Shown one piece after another: positions 1 to 11,210 of a stretch of 32,169 nucleotides of DNA. The stretch's first letter is position 1. Every line of letters begins with the position of its first letter. Location: the NCBI RefSeq assembly GCF_004010195.1, contig NC_057720.1, positions 34,283,322 to 34,315,490 on the forward strand, given 5' to 3'. The DNA comes from Chiloscyllium plagiosum (lineage: Eukaryota). The translations under genes and the position numbers were made by a program. The notes below the pieces were generated by a model. That model worked only from the letters and a program-made list of their open reading frames with translations. It was not told the DNA's origin and ran no database searches.

Positions 1-239
1 ATCAGAGCTGAAAATGTGTTGCTGGAAAAGCGCAGCAGGTCAGGCAGCATCCAAGGAACAGGAGAATCGACGTTTCGGACATAAGCCCTTCTTCAGGAAG
101 GACTTTCCTCATTCCTGAAGAAGGGCTCATGCCCGAAACGTCGATTCTCCTGTTCCTTGGATGCTGCCTGACCTGCTGCGCTTTTCCAGCAACACATTTT
201 CAGCTCTGATCTCCAGCATCTGCAGTCCTCACTTTTTCC
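1..239. mobile_element. Palindromic PLE terminal-repeat (inverted pLTR) mini-element, family 1
   Basis: Arms 1-99 and 112-210 are reverse complements at 97/99 positions, followed by a ctccagcatctgcag tail. The same sequence family terminates the GIY-YIG-encoding PLE at 23465-24340. May extend left of the window. Confidence 0.85.
115..142 (+). ncRNA. Minimal hammerhead-ribozyme-like core (mirror copy on the minus strand at 69-96)
   Basis: CTGAAGA-A-GGGC-TCAT-GCCC-GAAA-CGTC: conserved CUGANGA and GAAA boxes, a 4-bp stem II, and a vestigial palindromic stem III (ACGT) before a GUC triplet. Stem I pairing is weak by eye. Confidence 0.65.
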
Positions 240-1958
240 CAATGGAGCTGGGTCTGTTTTTCTGACTGAACCCTACCTCTGCTGGCAAACTGATTGTAAT
301 TCAAACTTTCACTGGGGTTGAAGCCTTAATTGATACAGCAACAGGTTTACTGTCCATTAATTAAGCTGCTGATTATCATCAGGGAGAAACTGCTGTTTGC
401 ACCAAAGCCTTGTAAAGTATTGGAGGGAAAAGAGCTGTCATAGGGGAGTTGGAAGCTTGGCACCCTGGTCTATTTGCTTCAATGATGAGAACCTGGATCT
501 AACGCTGGGGATTGCAAAGGAGAGAAGTGAGTCCACTTCCCAGATGGTGACAACAGAAGTCACCTTGTCTTCCAGCAAGACTGCCTCTCTGTTCAGTATC
601 AACTCCCTCTGCCTCGTTTTCCTCATACTCCTCTCTTATCTCACGCTCTCCATCACACTCCCATCCATGTCAGGGCTCACTGTCCTCAATCTCCATCCTT
701 TGCTCTAGGGCAATGTTATGAGAATACCATTGTGATGGAGACCCTTGCAGGATGGAAAAGGAGGGCAATAACCAACTGTTCCAGGCACCGGAATTCCTTC
801 CTCGGAAATCTCAAGGGTGTCCTACTGAGCAGGAGACTTTGACTGTATTGTTGAGCAGGACTTTATCATATCTGTGTCTATACTGGGGGTTCCCACAGCA
901 AGGTCAGACGCCGTCTTTTCAAGGATCTCCCTTTTCCCTCAGAATCTATCCACACATTTTGGGAACTCAAATGAAGATCTGAGGAAAACTCGACAGTTGG
1001 AGGATGAATGAGGCATGGCAGCTGCTAGAAAAGCAAAGGCATACATGGAGAAAGCTTTTGGCATAGCAGCAGACTACTTGAAAACGGAGTGAATGGAATT
1101 GTGCTGATGAAAATAGGAGCACAACTGATGATGCCCTGTACACAAGGGAATCCAGTGTTGGAGGCAAAACCCAAATACTGCCTGATGCCAGTACCTTTGG
1201 GATTTCCCTTGCATCACCTGTTCCCATCTTCAGCTGGTCATAAAATCTCAACTTATAAAACCTTGAAACATGTAGCCCCTTCCTCATATTTGGTGCTGTA
1301 AGTTTGGTGATGCTTTTGGGCGAGGAGAAAACTAGCCTGGAATTCAGAAGTCCAGACCCCATCCATACATCAAGGCCTGCAGTTGCCTGTAAGAGGGCTA
1401 ACAAGGAAATGGGCATTTTCTATGTCAGCAGTTCCAGTTTCACAGCGTCCCAACAGAAGCCAGGATTGCCTCGGCAATCCTTGCCATGAATAGCAGATGT
1501 GAAAACGGATGGGACCAGAATGAATTGGGGTTTCAAATCTTGCATGTTCAAGTGACAACAGTTTTCTTTTGATTAAGGTACAGACTCTGATTGGAGGCTA
1601 GAACAGTTTCATATGTCCCACTGCGATGCCCAAACACTCCCATTGACAGGCGAGTGTCATAGAAATGTCCAAGGTGACACTGGTGACCACAATTAGAATC
1701 TCGCTGTCAAAATTGGAAAGAGTAACGGGCAAGCATTATCTGTGGGCCTGACAGGCACGTATACCAAAATGGTGCCCATTATAGATTTCCAAAAATTAAC
1801 ATTAGACAGGGAGAGTGTGTATTGGTGAGGAACCAAATGACTGCTAATGCTCATGGAATTGTGCCTGAGAATTGGAACTAAAGAAACAACAGAAAGCTTC
1901 TACTAACATTAAGGACCCACAGCATTACATTATTCTTAACTGGAAAGGCTGCTCTTAC

Positions 1959-2220
1959 TTCCAGTACTCCTCACTAGGACTGGTCCGCTTTGCAGTTTGG
2001 TTCAGCAATGTTGAGATGTTACGTGACAGATCACTGATGTTGGCAGTTCTGTTGGGGTTCAGCATGCTACTGCAATCCTCCTTATTCCAATGGTTAGTGC
2101 AGTATGACCAAGGCAAGAGTGTAGTCATGGAGGAGAAGAAGTAGTAGAAGGCGATGGAGATGACCACATTGTAGTAGATTCCAATGTATGTAGAAACCAC
2201 CATCATCCCATACCCCACTC
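1959..2220 (-). CDS. slc6a9: GlyT1 coding exon: TM3 and extracellular loop 2
   Basis: ttgtgaacag|GA GTG GGG TAT...GAG TAC TGG AA|gtaaga. Translates as [87 protein letters not shown]. 262 nt, with the EL2 Cys pair and four N-X-S/T sequons. Downstream exons lie outside the window. Confidence 0.97.
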
Positions 2221-3019
2221 CTGTTCACAAGAATAAGGAATATAAATCAAACAATTCTACTTTATACTTCTCAGGGTTGTTTAGTTTTTATTCCTGTCAG
2301 GAAATGCTACACTCATGAAGCATGTGAACAAAATGGAAATGCTCTATCTGACCTTAGAGAAAGATATCCTCTCTGTTATGCATCTAATTAGATTGTGGGC
2401 TCTAGTTTTAGGGAGTGCACTTAAAAAATATTGTCACATCTAATGCACAGCAATAATCTTCACAACTGTGGCTCCTGGGTGTCAATTTTGTATCACATTT
2501 TAAATTGTTGCAACTTAGACGTATGAATTCTAAGGGCAAGTATCATCCGTGCCATTCCCACTACAGATAATTTTTCAGAACGACAAGAACAAAGTTGAAC
2601 AAAAGTTGCATTCCTTACAAAAACATAATGGAACAAAGCAGCAGTAAATACATGGAGCAATTAGACTGAACAGGTAAGCAGGAACAGCAGCGAAGACACA
2701 AGGTAAATTCTACATAGTCTGACATATCTTGGGTTCAAGCCAGTATTTTCTGTATGCACACAATGAATTAGTATAGAATCAGTTTCAGAGACAATAAGGA
2801 TGCCCACAATTTTAATTTGGGGCGTTTGGCATGGGTGCTGGGTGAAGATTGGAGTGTCTGAATTGTTCCTTATAGGAGGTGCATCTGACAAGTGCAGCAA
2901 GGCAAGGAACAACTGGTTGGATCAGGAGTGAGAATTGAGCTGGGACCAATACTGACAATCAAGATGCGACTGGGATCAAAGGGAAATATTTGGAAAAAAA
3001 AGAAACAAAGAAAGCAGAC

Positions 3020-4155
3020 AGAGGTGGATGAGCCCTGAACCAGGAACTCAAAACACACTGCTGCTACTCTGTCACCACCATCTTGGAAGAAAACTGTTGA
3101 ACTTTTACCTTTATTCTTCCATTTAATACTAGGAAGGACTATAATGTTAACTTTTAACTTTATTTCTTTATTTTATTACTTATTCTAAGAAGAATGGTAA
3201 TGCTTTATGTTTAACTTTCTATTTTAACTGCAATTTCTACTATTTGAATGGTAAAAAATTGCAGCATGCTGCTATGCAGAGGGACCTGGGTGTCCTTGTA
3301 CATGAATCACAGAAGGTTGGTCTGCAGGTGCAACAGATAATTAGGAATGCAAATCGAATTTTGTCCTTTATTGCTAAAGGGATTGAGTTTAAAAGCAGAC
3401 AGGTTATTTTGCAGCTGTATAGAGCACTAGTGAGGACACACCTGGAATACTGCATGCAGTTTTGTCTCCATACTTGAGAAAGGATGTACTGGCATGAGAA
3501 GGGGTGCAGAGGAGGTTCATTGGGTTGATTCTGGAGTTGAGGGGGTTGGCTTAAGAGGAGAGACTGAGTAGACTGGGATTATATTCATTGGAAATTAGAA
3601 GAATGAAGGGGGATCCGATATTAACATATAAAATTATGAAGGGAATAGATAAGATAGATGTAGAGAGGATGGTTCCACTGATTGGTGAAACTACGACAAG
3701 AGGGTGTAGCCTCAAAATTAGGGGGAGCAGATTTAGAACTGAATTGAGAAGGAATATCTTCACCCAGAGGGTTGTAAATCTGAGGAATTCCCTGCCCAGT
3801 GAAGTGGTTGGGACTTCTTCAGTAAATGTTTTTAAAGCTAAGGTAGATTTTTGTTTGAACAGTAAAGGAATTAGGGGTTATGGTGAGAAGGGAGGTAAGT
3901 GCTGCTGAGGCCATGAAAAGATCAGCCATGATCTTATTGAATGGCGGAGCAGGCTCCAACGGCCAGATGGCCTACTCCTGCTCCTAGTTCTTGGGCTTAT
4001 GTAACTGTGCTTCTTTTTACTACTTCTGGTTAGGTTTTGTACCTCGGTACCTTCATTCCTAAGATGGCGCTGTGTGTGGCAACATTGTACACTTTTCACT
4101 GTACTCCTATACTTGAGTACATAGGACAATGAAGCTTAAATCAAATAAATCAAAG
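3020..4155 (+). mobile_element. Older non-LTR-like repeat 3' region interrupted by the CR1 at about 3240-4001
   Basis: Ends in cttttcactgtactcc...gagtacataggacaatgaagc plus (aaatc)-like tail repeats, resembling fish LINE/SINE 3' ends. AT-rich sequence of similar character resumes on both sides of the CR1. Family and boundaries are uncertain. Confidence 0.4.
3240..4001 (+). mobile_element. 5'-truncated CR1 LINE (family A), ORF2 C-terminus and 3' UTR, decayed
   Basis: ORF fragments QRDLGVLVH, LYRALVRTHLEYCMQF, RRMKGDPILTYKIMKG and RRNIFTQRVVNLRNSLP, then the 3' end ggccagatggcctactcctgctcctagttctt. Contains frameshifts. Confidence 0.93.
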
Positions 4156-5082
4156 GGAACGTGCCCCAAAACACAGTAAGTGCCAGGGCTTGTAGTAGGG
4201 GTGCAAGACACAAAATCATGGTGTTTCTAGGAGGGAGAATGAGGACTAGGACTGGGAATGCCTTGGATGTTTCTTTCTGTTATTCCAAACAGTCTGATAT
4301 GTCATTCTGCTGTACCTTAGTAGGTTTCTCTGGAAACCTTGACAGGGCATAGGTCACACCCATCTCACAAATGTCTATTAAAAAAAAGTCGAGGCACCAG
4401 TGTTATTACTGGCATTGACTTTTACATTTAAATTCAGCACATACTTTGGCTGCATTTGGTTCAAAGTTGTTGAAGATAAATTGTCATCAGGCAGGGAAAG
4501 CACAGGGATGGGTGGACAGAAGAGAGCATGGAGGGTGGGGAGGGGTGTTCACAGTTGATAATATCCAACCCTCTGTTTCTTTTCCTGATGGATAAGCATG
4601 TATGAACATACAGAAAAAAGTACAAGAACAACTGGAGAATGCAACAAAATTATGCGATGAACATGAAATGTCAGATCAAGTTACATGACACTGTATTCAA
4701 AATTATTTGAATTTCATAAAAAGCAACAGTCACTCTTTAATATGTATCTCAAGTTCCTGTAATATAACATAACAAACATCATGATAATAGTTATTTTAAA
4801 ATAGTTGTCCTGTGTTTTCATGGATTGTGACGTAGCTGGTGCTTGCAGTTATACAAGTCAAAATGGCTGCAGATATTACATCTTGTTGTTGTACAAAATA
4901 TTCTCTGCCAGCATTTAAATTGCAATGTGAAAACATGACTCCAGTGTCTGCTTGAAAATATTTCCAATATCCTTTAAACATGGGATCCTTCTTAAGTTAC
5001 ATTCCCATGTCGAGCTTTCCCGTGCTGCCTATGCATTTTCCTTGTTGTACAGCACGGTGATTTCTGAAATGGACCTTCTTAC

Positions 5083-5214
5083 CTTTGAACATAGGGTTAA
5101 CCCTCCATACACCAAGGCAGCCTTGGCTGGTGAACTGCCCAAAGGAAAGTTCCAGAAAAAAAAGAGGAATACCGCAGAAGACCAGCATGATGATATAGGG
5201 AAACATAAATGCAC
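5083..5214 (-). CDS. slc6a9: GlyT1 coding exon: TM2 region
   Basis: ttttttttaaag|GT GCA TTT ATG...ATG TTC AAA G|gtaaga. Translates as (G)[43 protein letters not shown](G). 132 nt, phase 1 to phase 1, in frame with both neighbouring exons. SQGCLGVW is GlyT1-like. Confidence 0.97.
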
Positions 5215-5856
5215 CTTTAAAAAAAGAAGACCCATCATTACAGACTGTACAGCCAGTATCTCGAAAAACAGTTTGTACTACTCCTCAGTTTTAGATTGGA
5301 ATGTTCCTTTAGGCAAGAATGCATCAGTGGTTAAATTTAACTTAACTTATCGCCTCAGTTCAGGTAATAAAGTCTGATAGGTTAGGGTAGGAATGCCTCA
5401 TTAAATTGGGTAATGTCTTGTTTACTGATCGCTAAAGAATGCAATCTATTAAAAAATACCAACATAAATGTGCAAATTAGAACATTGTGCTACTCATAAA
5501 TTAAGTATTTTTGGATAATACCAGCTTCCCTAAGTTTTTGACAGATAGTTTACGCCAGCTCAATGGGCAGCAATGGAGCATCAGTGCAGATAAAACTTAC
5601 ATCAATGATCCAGTCCTGCTTACAAGCTGCTGATAACATTTCCAATCAGTCCTGGAAATGACCAGTGCCAGCTGCTCGTGGGCACTACATTAAGGTGTGG
5701 CCTATGTTATACACATGACACCAACATAACAAACTTCATTTAATTGGCAGAAATTGGCAGATGGCCTATTCCTCTGTTTAGCATTCCCTGTATTTTCATG
5801 CCAATGTAGCCTTCACTTCTCCAGATAGAGTTGTTCAGGCTAAATATTGTCATTTA

Positions 5857-6083
5857 TTCATCAAAAAATGTGGTGCTGGAAAAGCACAGCCGATCAGGCA
5901 TCATCTGAGGAGCTGGAGTGTCGACATTTCGAGCATAAGCTGTTCATCAGGAATCCCTGATGAAGAGCTTATGCTTGAAACATCAACTCTCTTGTTCCTT
6001 GGATGCTGCCTGATCGGCTGTGCTTTTCTAGCATCACACTTTTTGACTCTGATCTCCAGCATCTTCAGTCTTCACTGTCTCTC
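5857..6083. mobile_element. Palindromic PLE pLTR mini-element, family 1, with hammerhead-like cores on both strands
   Basis: Inverted arms about 5861-5951 and 5956-6046. Plus-strand core CTGATGA-A-GAGC-TTAT-GCTT-GAAACATC at 5957-5984. Flanked by attgtcattta (5846-5856) and atcgtcattta (6084-6094), a probable TSD. Confidence 0.85.
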
Positions 6084-6257
6084 ATCGTCATTTAATTAGT
6101 TGGTTATGCAACTTTTCACAGAACGTACATTATAGAAACAGGTCATTAGGTTCAACGCTCCACACAAACCTCCTTGCAACCCACTTCACCTAATGCTAGT
6201 AACAATACTTTCAGATAACTCATCACTGTAACAACCTGACATGTCAAAATATACATA

Positions 6258-6418
6258 AGGGATTTTTGGTGAAACTCAGCAGGTTTAGCAGCATCAGTGG
6301 GAAGAAAGCAGAGTTAACATTTAATCTGGTGACTCATCATCAGAATGATTCTAATTTTCAGTCACCAGACTCAAAGCATTAACTATGATTTACCAGCAAT
6401 CTCTGTTTTTGTTTCAGA
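6258..6418. mobile_element. Decayed palindromic PLE pLTR mini-element, family 2; its tail resumes at about 8675-8700 after a CR1 insertion
   Basis: aactcagcaggtttagcagcatcagtgggaagaaagcagagttaacatt...catcagaa followed by the inverted arm ending tttgtttcaga. The expected continuation gatctccagcacttgca occurs at 8675. Confidence 0.7.
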
Positions 6419-8674
6419 CTGAGGAGCACTTTGGTGCCAGGCAACCATAATTCTATTAGATTTAAAATAATAATAGAAAAGGATAGACCAGATCTAAAAG
6501 TTGAAGTTCTAAATTGACGGTATTAGGCAAGAACTTTCAAAAGCTGATTGGAGGCAGATGTTCCCAGGTAAAAGGACGGCTGGAAAATGGGAAGCCTTCA
6601 GAAATGAGATAACGAGAAACCAGAGAAAGTATATTCCTGTCAGGGTGAAAGGAAAGGCTGGTAGGTATAGGGAATGCTGGATGACTAAAGAAATTGAGGG
6701 TTTGGTAAAGAAAAAGAAGGAAACATATGTCAGGTATAGACAGGATAGATCGAGTAAATCCTTAGAAGAGTATAAAGGAAGTAGGAACATACTTAAGAGG
6801 GAAATCAGGAAGGCAAAAAGAGGACATGAGATAGCTTTGGCAAATAGAATTAAGGAGAATCCAAAGGGTTTTTACAAATATATTAAGGACAAAAAGGGTA
6901 ACTAGGGAGAGAATAGGGCCCCTCAAAGATCAACAAGGTGGCCTTTGTGTGGAGCCGCAGAAAATGGGGAAGATACTAAATGAGTATTTTGCATCAGTAT
7001 TCACTGTGAAAAAGAATATGGAAGATATAGAATGTAGGGAAATAGATGGTGACATCTTGCAAAATGTCCATATTACAGGGGAGGAAGTGCTGGATGTCTT
7101 GAAATGGGTAAAGGTGGATAAATCCCCAGGACCTGATCAGGTGTACCCTAGAACTCTGTGGGAAGCTAGAGAGGGGATTGTAGAACCTCTTGCTGAGATA
7201 TCTGTATCATCGATAGTCACAGGTGAGGTGCCGGAAGACTGGAGGTTGGTGAACATGGTGCCACTGTTTAAGAAGGAAGGTAAGGACAAGCCAGGGAACT
7301 ATAGATGAGTGAGCCTGACGTCAGTGGTGGGCAAGTTGTTGGAGGGAATACTGAGGGACAGGATGCACATGTATTTGGAAAGGCAAGGACTGAGTTGGGA
7401 TAGTCAACATGGCTTTGTGCATGGGAAATCATGTCTCACAAACTTGATTGAGTTTTTTGAGGAAGTAACAAAGAGGACTGATGAGGGTAGAACGGTAGAT
7501 GTGATCTATATGGACTTCAGCAAGGCGTTTGATAAGGTTCCCCATGGGAGACTGATTAGCAAGGTTAGAGCTCATGGAATACAGGGAGAACTAGCCATTT
7601 GGATATAGAACTGGCTCAAATGTAGGAGATAGAGGGTGGTGGTGGAAGGTTGTTTTTCAGACTGGAGATCTGTGACCAGTGGAGTGCCACAAGGATCGGT
7701 GCTGGGTCCTCTACCTTTTGTCATTTACATAAATGATTTGGATGCAAGCATAAGAGGTACAGTTAGTAAGTTTGCTGATGACATCAAAATTGGAGGGGTA
7801 GTGAAGAGCAAACAGGGTTACCTCAGATTACAACAGGATCTGAACCAGATGGGCCAACGGGCTGAGAAGTGGCAGATGGAGTTTAATTCAAATAAATGCG
7901 AGGTGCTGCATTTTGGGAAAGAAAATCTTAGCAGGACTTATACACTTAATGGTAAGGACCTAGGGAGTGTTGTTGAACAAAGAGTCCTTGGAGTGCAGGT
8001 TCATAGCTCCTTGAAAGTGGAGTCGCAGGTAGATAGGATAGTGAAGGAGGCGTGTGGTATGCTTTCCTTTATTGGTCAGAGTATTGAGTACAGGAGTTGG
8101 GAGGTCATGTCGCGTCTGTACAGGACATTGGTTAGGCCACTGTTGGAATATTGCATGCAATTCTGTTCTTCCTATCGGAAAGATGTTGTGAAACTTGAAA
8201 GGGTTCAGAAAAGATTTACAAAGATTTTGCCGGGGTTGGAGGATTTGAGCCAGACGGAGAGGCTGAACAGGCTGGGGCATCGGATGCTGAGGGGTGACCT
8301 TATAGAGGTTTACAAAATTATGAGGGGCATGGATAGGGTAAATAGGCAAAGTCTTATCCCTGGGGTCGGGGAGTCCAGGACTAGAGGGCATAAGTTTAGG
8401 GTGAGAGGGAAAAGATATAAAAGAGACCTACGGGGCAACTTTTTAACACAGAGGGTGGTACGTGTATGGAATGAGCTGCCAGAGGATGTGGTGGAGGCTG
8501 GTACAATTGCAACATTTAAGAGGCATTTGGATGGGTATATGAATAGGAAGGGTTTGGAGGGATATGGGCCGGGTGCTGGCAGGTGGGACTAGATTGGGTT
8601 GGGATATCTGGTCGGCATGGATTGGTTGGACTGAAGGGTCTGTTTCCATGCTGTACACCTCTATGACTTTATGA
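6419..8674 (+). mobile_element. 5'-truncated CR1 LINE (family B), about 2.25 kb, near-complete RT region with stops and a frameshift
   Basis: Consecutive ORFs 6558-6905, 6949-7308, 7309-7608 and 7636-8592 carry KSPGPD, PGNYR, QHGF..GKSCLTNL, YMDFSKAFDKVPH, SGVPQGSVLGP and KFADDIK. Stops at 7306-7308 and 7606-7608. 3' tail ctctatgactttatga. Confidence 0.97.
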
Positions 8675-9124
8675 GATCTCCAGCACTTGCATTTCTTTAT
8701 TCAGTTATGTACATAGGGCATGTCTATAGTAGTGGATTAGTACAAAACACCGCAGGTTTTGCTCTATCTGCATTTATGTGTTTAATGCCCAAGTAAAATT
8801 CCATCCTCACCGCTTTGCATGGTAATATTTAAATGACAACAACAACAATGTTGAAGAAAGTAAGCCAAAAAATCTCTGAATGCACCAATGGCAAACTACC
8901 CTGCAGAAAACCAGTCAATGCGGAGAACAAATGGGGTAGAATGTAACTGCAAAAGCTTAAAACTTCAAAGTGAGTTAACAAGACCTCAAAAACATCCTTT
9001 TAATGATGAAGTAGGATCTTAAATGTTCTAATTTCATGCGATTGTAGGTCAAGCCTTTTCTGAAATCATGAAAATCAACACTATACTAACTTTCCTAAAG
9101 ATGCAATAAAACAAAAGGTTTAGT

Positions 9125-9292
9125 AACAGAAACAATAACAGAAATAGCTAGGAAAGCACAATAGGTCTGAAAGTATCTGTGGAAAGAAAACAAAGTTAAT
9201 GGTTTGGATCCAGTGACTCTTCTAAGTTGGTTAAGATTTTCCAGCAATTTTTGTTTCTGATTTCAATCATCTATAGTTCTTCAGTTTTTTTT
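9125..9292. mobile_element. Highly decayed PLE pLTR palindrome, family 2
   Basis: acagaaatagctaggaaagc...gttaatggtttggatccagtgactcttct on the left and ttttccagcaatttttgtttctgatttcaatcatctatagttctt on the right. Similar to the copies at 18755-18890 and 30790-31005. Confidence 0.6.
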
Positions 9293-10319
9293 GATATAAA
9301 TATTTAAGTTTGTCTTTTGTATAGCCTCATATTGCTCTGAAAAATATGGTGTGCAACTACAACAACATAAGATAGAAGAAAGCAAGTTTGCTATTTAAAT
9401 TAATAGCTCAAATCACTTCTATAGGTGAAATCACGTTTTAATTCAGCATTTGAAATTGTCCTGGTGTAATTCAAGCCACAATACAGACTGTGGAAAAATT
9501 GTCAAAGTAAAAGTTAAGTAAAGCTGTCAGTGAATACAGCCCAACACATTGGCTGTTTTGTTCTAAAAGTGGCATATATTAGGAGGTGGGTTTTTCTTTA
9601 TCTCTACTCAGTTGAGCTACTGCAAAGCAGAACCAAAAGGGACTAGATCTTGTGTATGTTTTACAACGGATCCTTTTGCCCAGGACTAGATTAGCTAATC
9701 CGATTTGGCCAAAAGTATATTGAAAATACATTGTGTCTTGTTTCTGAAGAACTTGCATATCTTTAAACATTTCCCCTGCAAATCCTATTCTGAATGAATC
9801 TGTGCACTGAAGCAGAGGAGAAAAGACTTTGGAGCATTTTGCTCTGCTGTGGCATATTTTGGTGCTGCATCCTTCTCACTGAGAGATATTTCAGTATAAC
9901 GTATTGTTATATCAATAAATTTGAGAAATTATTTGAGTGGTAATTTTTTTTCTTAGATAATCCAAAAAGAATTATTGCTACTAATCACCAGAAAGTGGAT
10001 CACTTACAGCTAATACACTAAATAAACTGCACAAATAATAGATTTATAAATGAAAATAATACATCCTTAATATTATATATTGACACTAGAATCTGAAATT
10101 ATGCAGGTTACATGGTTCCAATGAAAAATAACACCATGCAATAACAGTTATAATTATGATGTAGATATTAAATATAGGTGGGACACCAGAAAGTATAGAT
10201 TTCTGAGAAACTTTCTGGAGGTAACAGAAATATAAACACCGAGAACAATAGGCATTTGGTAATGTATTGGGATATGAATAACAGACACTTGATAATGTCC
10301 TACATGGAGTAACCAATGG

Positions 10320-10700
10320 TCTATAGCATAGGAAAAGACTATTTGATCCAACTTGTCCATGTTGGTATTTGCATTTGACACTAATATTTTACCTCTCTTC
10401 ATCTAACCCCATCGGTAATCCGTCTAATTTGTCCCACCTTTTGTGTTAGTTTAGCATCCCCTTAAACACACCTATGCTACTTTTCTCAAAACTCCTCACA
10501 TTCTTAAAATTCTTTGGGTTAAAAAAAAATTCTCTTAAATTCCCTATTGGAATTATTTATGAATGCCTTATATTTATGATATCTCATTTTTTAATTTCCT
10601 CACATGTTGAAAAATCTTTTTATTATTTTATGACTCTTCCATAATCGTAAAGATCTCTACTGAATTATCCCTCAACCTTCTCTTTTCTCAGGAAAACAGC
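10320..10700 (-). mobile_element. Old, decayed CR1 3' end
   Basis: Resembles the reverse complement of CR1 3' sequence (tttgggttaaaaaaaaattctcttaaattccc; ctcaaccttctcttttctcaggaaaacagcc). Confidence 0.5.
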
Positions 10701-10704
10701 CTAA

Positions 10705-11210
10705 GCATTTAGAATATCAGACATCTTGGAATGAGGCTGATTGAAAACAGACATTCGAGAATGCGACAGTTGGAGAATGTGTGACACTGCAGAAGTGGTG
10801 ATCTGAGAATAACAGACAGCTGAAAATGCAATACACTGAGAATAGCAGACAGCTGAGAAAATGATGCAATAAGAATAATGGCCAGCTGAGAAAATGATGT
10901 AAATGAGAATAACAGACAGTTGAGAGTGCGACACAATGAGAATAACAGACACAAGTTTCTAGGATACAGAGAAAATCAAACTTTATTAGAAATATCCAGA
11001 AAATAATACACCTACCATTATGGTATATGTAGAATAATAGACAGCTGAGTAAATGGCACAATGAGAATTACAGATTTCTGGTAATGTGTTAGAGTGAGAA
11101 TAACAGACATCTGAGAATGTTAAACAATAAAAATAAAAGACATCTGATTCTAGGATACTTTATTGGAAACATCCAGAAAATAGTACATCTGGCAATGTGA
11201 TACAAGTAGA
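10705..11210. repeat. Degenerate minisatellite of about 33 bp (core GAGAATAACAGACAGCTGAGAA)
   Basis: Unit starts at 10805, 10838, 10871, 10905 and 10938, with further units to about 11150. The block ttctaggatac...ctttatt.gaaa.atccagaaaata occurs twice (about 10957 and about 11148). Confidence 0.85.

Noticed and set aside
300..1560. ORFs 397-708, 752-982 and 967-1416, and a possible decayed L1/Tx1 endonuclease remnant (GDFDCIV near 832-852)
   Set aside because: No coherent protein homology or splice structure, and a single short motif is too little to call an element by eye.
4952..5377. 141-aa plus-strand ORF (and 1872-2144) overlapping slc6a9 exons
   Set aside because: These are antisense shadows of real coding exons with no recognisable protein features.
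6558..8592. Functional reverse transcriptase gene
   Set aside because: 5'-truncated, with in-frame stops at 7306-7308 and 7606-7608 and a frameshift near 6900; a dead CR1 copy.
10705..11210. CRISPR-like look (conserved repeat plus variable spacer)
   Set aside because: The linkers are only about 13 nt and resemble each other, the repeats are degenerate, there are no cas genes, and the context is a vertebrate intron. It is a minisatellite.
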